Source: Octopus bimaculoides (lineage: Eukaryota). From it: 64,000 nucleotides of DNA. Position numbers and translations under genes: made by a program. The notes below the pieces were generated by a model. The model was not told the origin of the DNA. It did no database searches and worked only from the letters and a program-made list of their open reading frames with translations. Each line of letters opens with the position of its first letter. Within the stretch, counting starts at the first letter, position 1. Location: the NCBI RefSeq assembly GCF_001194135.2, contig NC_068995.1:43497445-43561444 (forward strand), written 5' to 3'. Below, piece after piece: positions 1 to 11,968 of this stretch.

Positions 1-157
1 ACATCGATTAGAAAGCATTTTTTTCTTCATGATCTCTGACAACTATATCTGGCCTATTGGTTTTAAATATTGATTGTGTACTAGTTTCTAAGGATTGACA
101 TATCTTTTCTCTTGTTTTCTATTTGTTTCCGGGAACTATCATGGATAATTTCCAGAT

Positions 158-970
158 GTCCTTAGCCTGTCAGTGCTACCGAGGAGCGCTACCGCTTCGA
201 GATAAAATCTACAGGCACGGATGTGCTGTCAGACGGATTTGTCCGAGGTGCGCGTCAGAGTGAAGAAACTGTTCTGCACGCCCTCGTTCAGTGTCCGGGC
301 ATTGCTGACTTGTGGAGTTATGGTGAACAGCTGCTGCCACGTGTGGGCCGGATCCGTCTGTCAGCCGAGCCTGTAGTGATGATCGCACCGCTGCCCTCCT
401 TCAATTGGGAAGGCAAGGTGGTTTTCCTCTGCGTGGCGGCAGTGGCAAAAGAGGTTGTTTGGTGGACAAGTTTGAAAGACATGAGAATAGATACATTTAT
501 ATTTTGGTAGAGCTCTCATTGACTTTCACAAGTTTAATTTGAAACGAAATTGTGAGCAGATAGGGAAGGGCTGTCCCCGATTGAGTTTATTGAAAGGTGT
601 GAGAAAGTTGCGAAAATGGCAGGAGTGAATTGTACCCTTCTAAGCTCTCTAAGTGCAGACCTGTGAGTTGGAGAGTAGTAACTGGAGAGGGAACTTGCTC
701 CTAGTGTTTCAGGGAAATCTCGGACAGTGTATTCCTCGACTATCCCTAGAGGCGTTCCTGTATCACGAGGGCAACATCTCTATCATCTTCCCCGCCTTTT
801 TACTTTCTTTTTTTACCTTCGTATGCTATGCATATGTCTCTTCTTCTTAAGTGAATACTGTGTATAGTTACCTTTTTTTATAATTTCATTATTATATGTA
901 ACCCGCCACACTTATTGTCTGTCCCTGTATTGTTCCCCTCATCCTTCGCCCTTCTGACAAATAAATGAAA
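158..970 (+). mobile_element. 3' end of L1/Tx1-clade LINE: ORF2 C-terminal zf-RVT region, 3' UTR, polyA signal
   Basis: Translation from ~158 gives LACQCYRGALPLRDKIYRHG...RICPRC, then after a 1-nt frameshift near 254 QSEETVLHALVQCPGIADLW (CxxC...E(T)xxH...C zinc-binding motif of L1/Tx1 ORF2). AATAAA at ~960 is followed by an (ATC)n/(ATT)n tail. Confidence 0.8.
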
Positions 971-971
971 T

Positions 972-1011
972 CATCAATATCATCCTCCTCATCATCATCA
1001 TCATCATCATT

Positions 1012-1045
<34 letters not shown>

Positions 1046-1066
1046 ATATCATCATTATTAATATCA

Positions 1067-1121
<55 letters not shown>
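972..1121. repeat. (ATC)n/(ATT)n microsatellite, probable LINE tail
   Basis: Directly visible trinucleotide run right after the LINE polyA signal. Confidence 0.95.
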
Positions 1122-1123
<2 letters not shown>

Positions 1124-1699
1124 GATGTAAACTCCCATTAAAGGCTATTATTCTCATTATTCTCATTATTCTCACTAACACCTTTTGCTTTATGCTCGTA
1201 CTATTTCTGTGTTCTTTCANNNNNNNNNNNNNNNNNNNNNNNNNNNNNNNNNNNNNNNNNNNNNNNNNNNNNNNNNNNNNNNNNNNNNNNNNNNNNNNNN
1301 NNNNNNNNNNNNNNNNNNNNNNNNNNNNNNNNNNNNNNNNNNNNNNNNNNNNNNNNNNNNNNNNNNNNNNNNNNNNNNNNNNNNNNNNNNNNNNNNNNNN
1401 NNNNNNNNNNNNNNNNNNNNNNNNNNNNTTTGCTTGCTAATTTCTGTTTTGTAGATTTCTTGCATGGACAAAAAAGTGTTTTGATTTGCTTTTGTTTAGT
1501 TTTTCGTGATTTTCTTTTGTTTGAGGAAGAAACAAGGTATTTTTGAATTAAGATTTTTTTTTTTTTTTTTGTCTTGTTCAAATTGTTTGAAGATGTTGAC
1601 CAGATATAAAGACAAAGCCTCCACAAAGAAAAATCTGAAAATAATGTAACAATACAAACACAAATAGAATAAATATTAATGGGGTTGTTTAACTGCCAC

Positions 1700-2050
1700 A
1701 AGCATTTACCTACATTGAACGAAAAAGTTACTGGACTTTTCTCTTTTTTTTACGATGGCATTAACCTCGGGAATATTAGCGATACGACTGGCAAAATCAT
1801 TCTTCAGATATCCGTACACGTTTCCACAGAGACATATTTCTTTTTTAATGATATAACTTGCAATGGCAGCAATGTTGCTAAAATCATTGCGGGTAACAAT
1901 TATTTTGTGTACATGGATCGAATCTAGCCAGAGGAAGTGGTGTGGCAAAGATAGGTTGCAGCAGTGTTTACGATATTTCAAGGTGAATTATCCACGGAGA
2001 AAATGGACATAGCTTTATGTCTCCAAAAGAGGAGAAGCGTTTATCTTCTA
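1700..2050 (-). mobile_element. Decayed DNA-transposase-like coding fragment (hAT-like most likely; piggyBac or host exon not excluded)
   Basis: Minus ORF WLDSIHVHKIIVTRNDFSNIAAI...ICLCGNVYGYLKND...IPEVNAIVKKREKSSNFF loosely follows the hAT pattern W.ID..KVH.IV.DN.SN...CxxH.LQL.VND...V..L..K.RK...F; upstream frames all carry stops. Confidence 0.35.
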
Positions 2051-2799
2051 CAAATCAATTGAAGGAAAGAAAGGATGATGAATGCCGTCCAGAGATAGCC
2101 ACCGAGAGTTGTTGGGTAATATGGCAGGATTTAAGGGTCACAGTAGGGAAGATATAAGATATAATGATATGCGGAAACATCAGAATGTGTTGCAGGTATC
2201 GAAACAAATGTAGTGAAGTTGATAGGGCATGGAAGTAATGCCAGCAGCTATACAGCTGTATCTGCCTTGAGAAACTAGAAAAGTAGATGAAGAGAGACAA
2301 AGATAGAAAGAGTGAAAATGAGAAAAGAGAGAAAGAGAGAGGGAATAAGGGAAAAGAGAGAAAAAGAAGAGGGGAGAGAATGAGAGAGAGAGAGAGAGGG
2401 GGGAGCAAGTGACAGAAGTTCCTGTTACAAATGCACAACTAAAATAAATGATAAAATTAAGGAAAAACTAAAAAATCATAAGTTCAGATCACTTTTATTT
2501 TGAAAATACCCACATAATACACTATTTTGTGGCATCTTTTTGATATCTATGATGAATATTAACATAACTAAAATAACATAACATGCAATCTCCGTTACAA
2601 GGTGCATTAAATCAAGACTTGAACTAAAGATATAATTATTCATTGAAATGAAAATGACAATAAATATGTTACATAAGCAGATGGTGTATATTGTAAGAGA
2701 AACATGTCAATTCAATAATAGAAACTTTTTTTTTTTTTGTCAAAACTTAATACAAAATGTTTCCACGAGTGAAATTGCAAGACAAATGAATGTGAGCTC

Positions 2800-4500
2800 A
2801 CTCATTATAAAGCAATTGTCGTTCACTCCGAATTACTATCTGCTGCTGCACTCTCGCAATTTGTGCAACTCACAAGCATCTCACTGCGACCACTGCCAAC
2901 GTGTTTCTCTGACCTTGTAATGGCTGCAAATTTATTGCAGCTGCAGCTTCTGGCAACGGCCGTACGATACCTGCTCTGAGACTTATTTGGAAGCGAATGT
3001 CCTGGAGTCCCCACTTCATAATATCTTCTAAAATCACTGGGCATACTTTCTTGATGAATATGCGGCGCTCCAGTTTATTTTGCGGGCTGTAGGCATACAA
3101 TATATACGAATATACACAGGAGACGTTCAGGAGAGCAAAGAACACAGTTAGAGTTCAACGCCGGCTGTTTCTGGAAACGCTATATTCATCTTCCATCATT
3201 TCGACTACATGTATCCCTTGGTTTAATTATTATCCTTTGGTTTAATTATAGAAAGTGGTCATTTCAGGCTTATTATCATCATCGATAGCTTGTCTATTTT
3301 GTCTTCATGGTGTATTAGTTTTTTCTTCCTGTTTGCGCCTTACTCTTTGGTTTATATGAGACTAATGTAAGGTCTTGTCCAAATCTAAACGCGTTGTCCC
3401 CAAGAGGGCTACTCTTTGGCATCAAGAATTCTGGGGGAATCTCACTTCTGTTCTTTCTAAGGGTTCTAACAGCAGTCAACTGATGGTTACGAAGTAGTGA
3501 TTCTACTAGTGGAAAGCTGGTGTACCAATTATCAAATGTTTCATTTCGAGCAGACCTAGAGATGTCAGAAATAAGTCGTGTGACTACGGCCTGTGGTGAA
3601 TTGTTCTACTTATCAGTTTTGTATGCCTCATCTAGCTGTGTTCAAGAATACATCAATATGTTACATATATAGAAAGTTTTTGCATCACGTATTTTGATGC
3701 TATATTTTATTAGTTTACTGGGGATATATTTCCTAAAGAGGCGATAGCCCCTGAAGGCTAAAACAATTTAATCTACAGTCACAAATTTTGATGGTGTACA
3801 GTTCTTTTTACAATTTTCTAGAAATATCTATAAAAATTTGTCTGACTACAGCAAGCTTATCCATTTTCCAAGTTCCCTCGCTTGTTGCTTTGTTGTCAAT
3901 TCATAGACAACACAATAGGAAAGGACAGCGTTGCAATGACACCTCGATACCAGTACCATCTGTTTTCTAAAAATCAGCAAGTTGCAGCCTGCTAGTGTGG
4001 TACATACCAGCTAACATTACAGGTCCATTTCAAGAATATCAGTGTCGTTTCTTCTGCAGGACTGAGCATACTTACCTTTCTACTTAGCAATTATCAAGTT
4101 AGTATGCTCTACTAATGAATCAATTATTTCTGAAGTGATGAATACTTTCCAAAAGTCTGTAGGAGAATTGGCATTTAGAGCTGCTTCTTTTGGTAATGGT
4201 ATAAATTTGATAACATTGCCAGCCTGGGGAGCATTCTTCTTCCACCATGTTTTCCTTTTTTTATATTTTCCATTCCATCCATCAGGTTTTGGCTTTTCTT
4301 TTGAGGCTCCACTGGTAGCTCATTTAAGTCTGATATACAACATTCAGAGTCTGAAACATCCTCATCCTCTTCTAGATAATCTTCTACACCTTCACTATCA
4401 GAGGCATGAACATCACCTTGTTCAGTTTCTCCGTCTTCTAATTCCTCGAACACAGGATGCTTGTGCATCTTCATCCGTTTTGTGGCTGAAATAATAGTAA
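2800..4500 (-). mobile_element. piggyBac transposase pseudogene, near full length, many stops and frameshifts
   Basis: Minus strand in order: acidic N-terminus (SDSEGVEDYLEEDEDVSDSE), SPTDFWKVFITSEIIDSLVEHTN, FVTVD*..AFRG...YIPSK (first D), ETFDNWYTSFPLVESLL...TLRKNRSEIPPEF (second D), FYN*TKG..VVEMMEDEYSVSRNSRR*TLTVFFALLNVSCVYSYILY (third D region), degenerate Cys-rich tail. TIRs/TTAA not identified. Confidence 0.9.
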
Positions 4501-4819
4501 AAAGATATTACTTTGGCACAACTCGTAATAGTAACACTGAAAGAGCAATAAATTATAAATAAGGAGATAAAAGAAATACGTAATAATAGTAAAGTAGTAA
4601 AATACACTATGAGAAGCATTTCATTCCACATTTATATTAGGCTACCGGTACATATAGGAAACTATATAAATCATAAGCATATACCTGCGTTAGTCACATG
4701 GGGCGACTATATATAAAGGATGTCTACCTCCCACGACAACTGAACCACGACTGCGCCACTCCACCTGCAACACACCCTTACTGAGTCGGGAGAGTAGAAG
4801 AAGGGATCCAAAAATATCG

Positions 4820-5433
4820 AGACCTTTGGAAATATGCTGTGCTTGAGAAGACCCGTCAGTCAAGCCAAGTGAGACCATAACCCGTGGCCTATGCCAGTGG
4901 TGTAACCAGCCCACTTATGCGTACCTTTCCTTCATTGGGCACTAAACTCTGCTTGCGAAGACCTGTTGAGGCAAGTGAAATCGAAATCAAATTCGATGAC
5001 AGCACAGCATCACTGGCATCCGTGCTAGTGCAGCGCTAAGAGCGCCATCCGAGCGTTATCGTTGCCAGGGCTCCCCTGCCGGTGGTACGTAAACAGCACC
5101 ATTGGAGCCTGATCGTTACCAGCGTCACCTTACTGGCACTTGTGCCGGTGGGACGTGAAAAACAAAATTCGAGCGAGGTCGTTGCCAGTGCCGCTGGACT
5201 GGCTCCTGTGCAGGTGGCATGTAGAAAACACCATTTGAGCGTAGCCGTTGCCAATACCGCCTGACTGGCACGTAAAAGCACCCACTACATTCTCGGAGTG
5301 GTTGGCGTTATGAAAGGGCATCCAGCTGTAGAAACTCTGTCAGATCAGATTGGAGACTGGTGCAGCCATCTGGCTCGCCAGTCCTCATTCAAATCGTCCA
5401 ACCCATGCCAGCATGGAAAGCGGACGTTAAACG

Positions 5434-5435
<2 letters not shown>
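4820..5435 (+). mobile_element. Non-autonomous retroelement with internal 53-66 bp tandem repeats and RTE-like 3' tail
   Basis: Four units of GAGCG..TCGTTGCCAG...GGTGGCACGTAAAA.CACCATT at ~5051, 5104, 5170, 5236; ends AACCCATGCCAGCATGGAAAGCGGACGTTAAACGA before a (TAT)n/(CAT)n tail. 5' boundary uncertain. Confidence 0.75.
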
Positions 5436-5436
<1 letters not shown>

Positions 5437-5486
<50 letters not shown>

Positions 5487-5512
5487 CATCATCATCATTA
5501 TTATTATTATAT
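5437..5512. repeat. (TAT)n/(CAT)n microsatellite tail
   Basis: Visible trinucleotide run. Confidence 0.95.
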
Positions 5513-6149
5513 TTTATCCTGACGAGTCGCATTTCTCAAAGTTTATGCTGCTGTGTAATTTTAACTGTTTCTTTCAAAATTGCATGACATTACTCTGTAT
5601 CATTTCTTTCAACTTACTTCAACGAATAATGTACTGTCTATTGTTTCCTGCAAATTTTGACGAAAGAAAATTACAGTTATGTGTTTTCATTTCTTTTGTT
5701 AGCTGGCTTTCAACAAAAAACGTATATGAGAAACGCCCTCCAAACAAAAACAGTTGACAGCTGTACCATATTCACAAGGAAGCTACAAGAGAAATGGACA
5801 AATAAGAAAATATTAAAATAATACTATAATATTCTAAAAGCAAGATATGTGAATGAAATTGATTTTCACGACTCAGTAGTAACAGCAACGAAAGCCAAAT
5901 TATAAAACATTGGAAATGCGTATAAAGTCCAACAAGGGAAATTTGCATATAGACACCTTTCAACCAGTGAAACAATTGTAGCAGATATTTCACATTGATG
6001 CTCTCCTTATTTAATAATGCAAAGAGAAAATTCATATAACTATGCTTCAAAAAGTGAGAGTGGGCTCCTTAGGACGGAATGATTAAGGTCTTATCCAATA
6101 TGTGAGACGGTATCTTATCCATCGTTTGAAGCAGAACCGTTTCGGTCTG

Positions 6150-6870
6150 TGGAGGAGACGACACTGCAATCACAGAAAGTGAGATACACACATATCTGTT
6201 GCTCTTACGGCTGTGTCAGGTCCCTCACAATACAAAGTAACTGTCAGATACACTGAGAGTGATATTGGTCACTTCCTCAATGTTTTTGTAGTGCATTGTG
6301 GGGACTTTGTACGTGTAGAGGTGACAAGGAATGCTCTGTAATAAGGAATGCAATCATGGATACATAAATCCTTATGACATCCCAAGACCACTTCCAAAGC
6401 TGCCGCTTCCAAAGTGGTGCCCCGTTGTGTACACAGAAACACAAGCACTGATAGAAACAGCCACTTTAAGAATTCATAAAATGAACACGCAAAGAACAAG
6501 AGAGAGAGTGGGGTGAATATTAACAAAATCAGCAACGATTAACGCGAATTTCCGAAAGTTGTTTGTTTCAATTGCTTCGAGGAGTCGAAGCACCAAATTG
6601 GCTGACGTCACCATTTTATTTCTCAGACATAGACGATACTAAATTCTCCATCATACTAGCACCATGCCATGCACTTGTGACATTGGGAACCGGAGGGATC
6701 ATCGAGAGGAACAAATGCAAAGTCCACGAGAGAGACCACAGGATGTAAAGAAGCACAAATAGAACCCCCATTTCATACGATCATATAAAGTTCATGATCG
6801 TCGTGAAATTGAACCACTTGCATATCGTGAGCAAACAGGACCTGACCAGAAGAAAATATGGAGAAGGCAC
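6150..6870 (+). mobile_element. Decayed gag/ORF1-like retroelement fragment with CCHC-like knuckle
   Basis: KVVCFNCFEESKHQIG* at ~6555-6605 resembles a CX2CX4HX4C knuckle; surrounding sequence is GC-richer and coding-like but broken by stops. Confidence 0.35.
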
Positions 6871-7127
6871 AGTATGTTTTTCTTTATTTATTATTCCAAC
6901 TTTTTTTTTCTTTTTGAAATTATACTCCCTAGGCAACAGCTCCGTGGTCCTGATCTGCTTACACTAGACCAGAGTGTACAGCAAGAGCAATATAATGAAC
7001 TACATTCCTTCTCTGTGGCTGTGTGTGAATGACATTATTATAGCCAGCTTAATATTATTTGAGATTTGTAGTTGGTTCTGTAATCACGTAATCACTTCAT
7101 AGTGAAGACCATTTTTTTGCCTTATGT

Positions 7128-7337
<210 letters not shown>

Positions 7338-7499
7338 AGCTCCGTCCCATTTTAATTAATACACAGCGGAGCAAGCGCTAGGAGGAAGATGGGATTAAAA
7401 AGGGTAGCAGTCTTGTATTTTCATTCAATGAATGCTTTGGCTTCGGTTTTTTAAATCCCCCAACACCACTACTATTTACTTAGTTATTGTCCTCAATTT

Positions 7500-7860
7500 C
7501 TACACGGATACGTTGACTGTAGCTCCTTCATATTTTTGTTAAGTTACTTTCGACAAATATTCACAGATTTCATTTGTAAAGAACTATTTTTGATTCCTGC
7601 TGCTACTGAGTCTGTATAAGTTCTGATGCTTGTGTCTTCTCCTAAATTCTGCAGGTATTGTTCAATAATAATTAATGCATGCATCCATATGAGTTTATGG
7701 CAACATCAGTTCCATTGTTCTGAAATATATTACTTCACGTAAAATCTAGCCACTTTGATAAGGATTCATTTGGACGGTTTGTGTGCTGGAGGAATTATAT
7801 CTTCCAGGTTGTAGTGCCTAATTCTTGAATTGATGATTGTATTTCACTCAGTCAAACAAT
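7500..7860 (-). mobile_element. Highly decayed R4/Dong-like LINE C-terminus
   Basis: Minus frame ...EQWN*...EQYLQNLGEDTSIRTYTDSVAAG weakly resembles the RLE-LINE end (LW...KYL..LG....I...Q..VLLG). Confidence 0.3.
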
Positions 7861-8029
7861 CAGCTATTCCACACCTCCTGTCCTTTCAATGAATTATTAT
7901 ATTATTGTCAGATATTTTGAAGGAAACCCGTAAGCATCTTAATCTGTAATTTCAAATTTTGACTTTTCCAGCTGCCCTCTTAGCTATATTTGCATACTAC
8001 AACTTGTTAACGTTATCAAGATTAATTCT

Positions 8030-8242
8030 GAGCTGCAAGAAGAGAAAGCGCGCCGGACGAAATATCTAGCGGCGTCTAGTCCGCTTTTTACGTTCTGAGT
8101 TCAAATTCCGCCGAGATTGATTTTGCCTTTCATCCTATCGGGGTCCATAAATTAAGTACCAGTGAAACACTGGAGTTACCGTAATCGACTAGCCCCCTCC
8201 ACCAAATTATCAGGCCTTGTGCCTTCAATAGAAAGGATTATA
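8030..8242 (+). mobile_element. tRNA-derived SINE, family A
   Basis: GAGCTGCAAGAA...ACGTTCTGAGTTCAAATTCCGCCGAG...TTGCCTTTCATCCT.TCGGGGTC.ATAAATTAAGTACCAG...GGCCTTGTGCC...GAAAGGATTAT; B-box-like GAGTTCAAATTCC; more than ten similar copies in window. Confidence 0.9.
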
Positions 8243-8261
8243 AAGGGTAATTCTTCGATCT

Positions 8262-8491
8262 ATCTTTTACATGTTTCAGTCATTTGACAGCAACGATGCT
8301 GGCGCATCACCTTGAAGGCTTTTTAGTCGAACAAATTGATCCCAGTACTTATTTTTCTGTTTAAGCTATCGGTGCCTTTTGCCGAATAGCTAAGTTACGA
8401 GGATGTAAACTAATGAACGTCGATTGTCAAGCGGTGCTAGAGGACAAACACAGACGCAAAGACACAAACATACACACACACATACACACGC

Positions 8492-8548
<57 letters not shown>
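8262..8548 (-). mobile_element. SINE family B, 3' half plus internal (CA)n
   Basis: TTTTACATGTTTCAGTCATTTGAC...ATGCTGG...TAGTCGAACAAAT...TTGTCAAGCGGTG...GACAAACACAGAC matches copies at 45135 and 32785. Confidence 0.85.
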
Positions 8549-9332
8549 NNNNNNNNNNNNNNNNNNNNNNNNNNNNNNNNNNNNNNNNNNNNNNNNNNNN
8601 NNNNNNNNNNNNNNNNNNNNNNNNNNNNNNNNNNNNNNNNNNNNNNNNNNNNNNNNNNNNNNNNNNNNNNNNNNNNNNNNNNNNNNNNNNNNNNNNNNNN
8701 NNNNNNNNNNNNNNNNNNNNNNNNNNNNNNNNNNNNNNNNNNNNNNNNNNNNNNNNNNNNNNNNNNNNNNNNNNNNNNNNNNNNNNNNNNNNNNNNNNNN
8801 NNNNNNNNNNNNNNNNNNNNNNNNNNNNNNNNNNNNNNNNNNNNNNNNNNNNNNNNNNNNNNNNNNNNNNNNNNNNNNNNNNNNNNNNNNNNNNNNNNNN
8901 NNNNNNNNNNNNNNNNNNNNNNNNNNNNNNNNNNNNNNNNNNNNNNNNNNNNNNNNNNNNNNNNNNNNNNNNNNNNNNNNNNNNNNNNNNNNNNNNNNNN
9001 NNNNNNNNNNNNNNNNNNNNNNNNNNNNNNNNNNNNNNNNNNNNNNNNNNNNNNNNNNNNNNNNNNNNNNNNNNNNNNNNNAACACTCAATATTTCATCT
9101 ACATTCAATACTTTATTTCATGGTGCCATCCATTTTTATTTTATTTTATATTATATATTGTATATTATATTATATATTGTATATTCCATATTCTATACCC
9201 CACATTAGTTCTGCAGGAATATAAATAAAACATAAAAAACAGACAGTGTTGGAACTCTTTTAAGCAAAATAATATATTCCTCTATACACAATCATACAAA
9301 AAAATCCACCTTTTTTTGTATTTATTTTTACT

Positions 9333-9373
<41 letters not shown>

Positions 9374-9378
9374 ATATA

Positions 9379-9540
9379 CGACAGGCTTCTTTCAGTTTCC
9401 GCCTACCAAATCCACTCGCAAAGCTTTGCACGATGTGAGGTTATAGTAGAAAACACCAGCCCAATGTGCCACGCAGTGGGACTGAACCCGGAACCATGTG
9501 GTTGAGAAGCAAGCTTCTGATCATACAGCCAGACCTGCAC
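9379..9540 (-). mobile_element. SINE family B, tRNA-derived head
   Basis: Reverse complement reads GGCTGTATGATCAGAAGCTTGCTT...CCACATGGTTCCGGGTTCAGTCCCACTGCGTGGCAC...GGATTTGGTAGGCGGAAACTGAAAGAAGCCTGTCG (A/B-box-like head then body). Confidence 0.9.
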
Positions 9541-9599
9541 CTTAATTATCATTTTCCGAAGGCTGTTCTTATGTGGCTGGAAAGTTTCGGGATTTCCCT

Positions 9600-10300
9600 T
9601 CATCAAACACGGCCCACAAACGTTCACTATTGTTGAATTGATACACGAATTGCATTTAAGGAGCTTTTAATAAAATCCTTTCCGTTTACGCAAAAACTTA
9701 AGGAACAAAGCTTTGTTCTGTTATAAGGCTGTTAGAATTTTTAATGTATACCACATAATTCCTTCTTTGCAATACGGTATTTTTACAATCGATTTCCAGC
9801 CTGCTGTTTGAATTAGTTGAGGTTCTTGACTCCAGCATAATATTCTATTTACTTGAATCTTTTTCACATTAGGCATATATTGTTCTTTACTACACGTTAT
9901 TGTAGTCTAAAAGTAGATATTTAATTATAGTTTTCTACCTAAAGGAGGCTATTCTCTTCTTTCAAAAACTTCTTTGATTTCGCATCTTTTTTTCTTTTAT
10001 CTCATGCTATATCCCCATATTACTCTTCTCCCTACCTTTATTTCATGTTCTGTTGTATCTTATCTTGTTATTGATTTCATTACGGAATGAAATATCCTGG
10101 ATTCTGATATTTCAATGGAAGTAGGTGTTAGGAAAATATCTACTTCCTGTTGTAAGTATAGAAACTGCTGCATAGAGACTTTCGTTTAATTCGACGGTAT
10201 TGAGGTTCCCAAGCATTTTCTTTGAATTTTTCGAAACAGGTTTACCTTGTCTTGCTATTTTAGTGTTTCATTTAATCATCATATGTTCCATTCCTTTGTA
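9600..10300 (-). mobile_element. Possible very old R4/Dong LINE fragment (region upstream of RT)
   Basis: Minus frames contain NTVELNESLYAAVSIL and QNKALF..RKGFY, resembling the pre-RT region of the better copy at 34.3 kb; many stops. Confidence 0.3.
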
Positions 10301-11936
10301 TTGAGCAAGAATTCTTGTTTTCGCTTCTTCAAATATATCCGCCTTTAGAATGTCATGTCATGTTCATAAATACACATCTATCTCCCCCTCTCATTCTTTC
10401 TTCAAATGTTCTTCGCCTCTCCCCTTCTACTATATATATATATATATNNNNNNNNNNNNNNNNNNNNNNNNNNNNNNNNNNNNNNNNNNNNNNNNNNNNN
10501 NNNNNNNNNNNNNNNNNNNNNNNNNNNNNNNNNNNNNNNNNNNNNNNNNNNNNNNNNNNNNNNNNNNNNNNNNNNNNNNNNNNNNNNNNNNNNNNNNNNN
10601 NNNNNNNNNNNNNNNNNNNNNNNNNNNNNNNNNNNNNNNNNNNNNNNNNNNNNNNNNNNNNNNNNNNNNNNNNNNNNNNNNNNNNNNNNNNNNNNNNNNN
10701 NNNNNNNNNNNNNNNNNNNNNNNNNNNNNNNNNNNNNNNNNNNNNNNNNNNNNNNNNNNNNNNNNNNNNNNNNNNNNNNNNNNNNNNNNNNNNNNNNNNN
10801 NNNNNNNNNNNNNNNNNNNNNNNNNNNNNNNNNNNNNNNNNNNNNNNNNNNNNNNNNNNNNNNNNNNNNNNNNNNNNNNNNNNNNNNNNNNNNNNNNNNN
10901 NNNNNNNNNNNNNNNNNNNNNNNNNNNNNNNNNNNNNNNNNNNNNNNNNNNNNNNNNNNNNNNNNNNNNNNNNNNNNNNNNNNNNNNNNNNNNNNNNNNN
11001 NNNNNNNNNNNNNNNNNNNNNNNNNNNNNNNNNNNNNNNNNNNNNNNNNNNNNNNNNNNNNNNNNNNNNNNNNNNNNNNNNNNNNNNNNNNNNNNNNNNN
11101 NNNNNNNNNNNNNNNNNNNNNNNNNNNNNNNNNNNNNNNNNNNNNNNNNNNNNNNNNNNNNNNNNNNNNNNNNNNNNNNNNNNNNNNNNNNNNNNNNNNN
11201 NNNNNNNNNNNNNNNNNNNNNNNNNNNNNNNNNTATATATATATATATATATATATATATGTCTCTCGTTGCTCACTTATATTCTACTTCCTCCCCTTCT
11301 TCTCCCTCTACCACTCTTTCTCCCTACCCCTCGCTGTTCACATGTGCCCAGCTACTAATTCTTTTCAATATCTTGGCCCCGCCAAGCACACACGAACATT
11401 CCTCGTCCTGTTTCATTCCAGTTCGTGCCTCAGTCAGACTAGCTAGGCAGGAGTTATCATGGGATAGTAATTACATATAGCACACCACATACCATAACAT
11501 ATAGCTTATACCATATGCAATGCAATTTAATTCACGATATGACTTAATATCCCATGATTTTATTATATTTAATGGTAGAGGGTAGGTTTATAACGTATAC
11601 GACACCAAAATTAATTTCCATCATCAAAGTTCAAGTATGGCACCTGTAATCGTTAATTTCGAAAATACTCAAATGTACGGGTGATGCTATTCACGTATGA
11701 TACCCTTAGGTCTAATCAGGTTGTTCTTGTCCCGATACTTTAAAATCTCATAAGTTTCCATAGAGCATACCTCACAACCGTATTGACTATCTCTATAAGG
11801 CTGCAGTTTCCGTTAGGCTAAATTCGATCTCGCTTTCCTTCAGTTCCCAATATTGCTAGATAACGACGTGCAATTAGCTTTATGTTTCAGTCGAAAAGAT
11901 GAAAAATTGTTAGTGATACATTTTTTCATATTTATC

Positions 11937-11968
<32 letters not shown>

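Noticed and set aside
4750-4790. A-box-like TGGCGCAGTCG on the minus strand
   Set aside because: No B box at a suitable distance and no cloverleaf.
4960-4995. Hammerhead-like CTGTTGAG...GAAATC
   Set aside because: Core position A6 is T and no stem II/III pairing could be built.
5051-5290. CRISPR-like spaced repeats
   Set aside because: Degenerate head-to-tail units inside a eukaryotic retroelement; no unique spacers and no cas genes.
5772-6050. Hydrophobic 92 aa ORF suggesting a membrane protein
   Set aside because: Starts at TTG just after a stop, hydrophobicity is explained by T-rich codons, and no family motif or splice pair was recognised.
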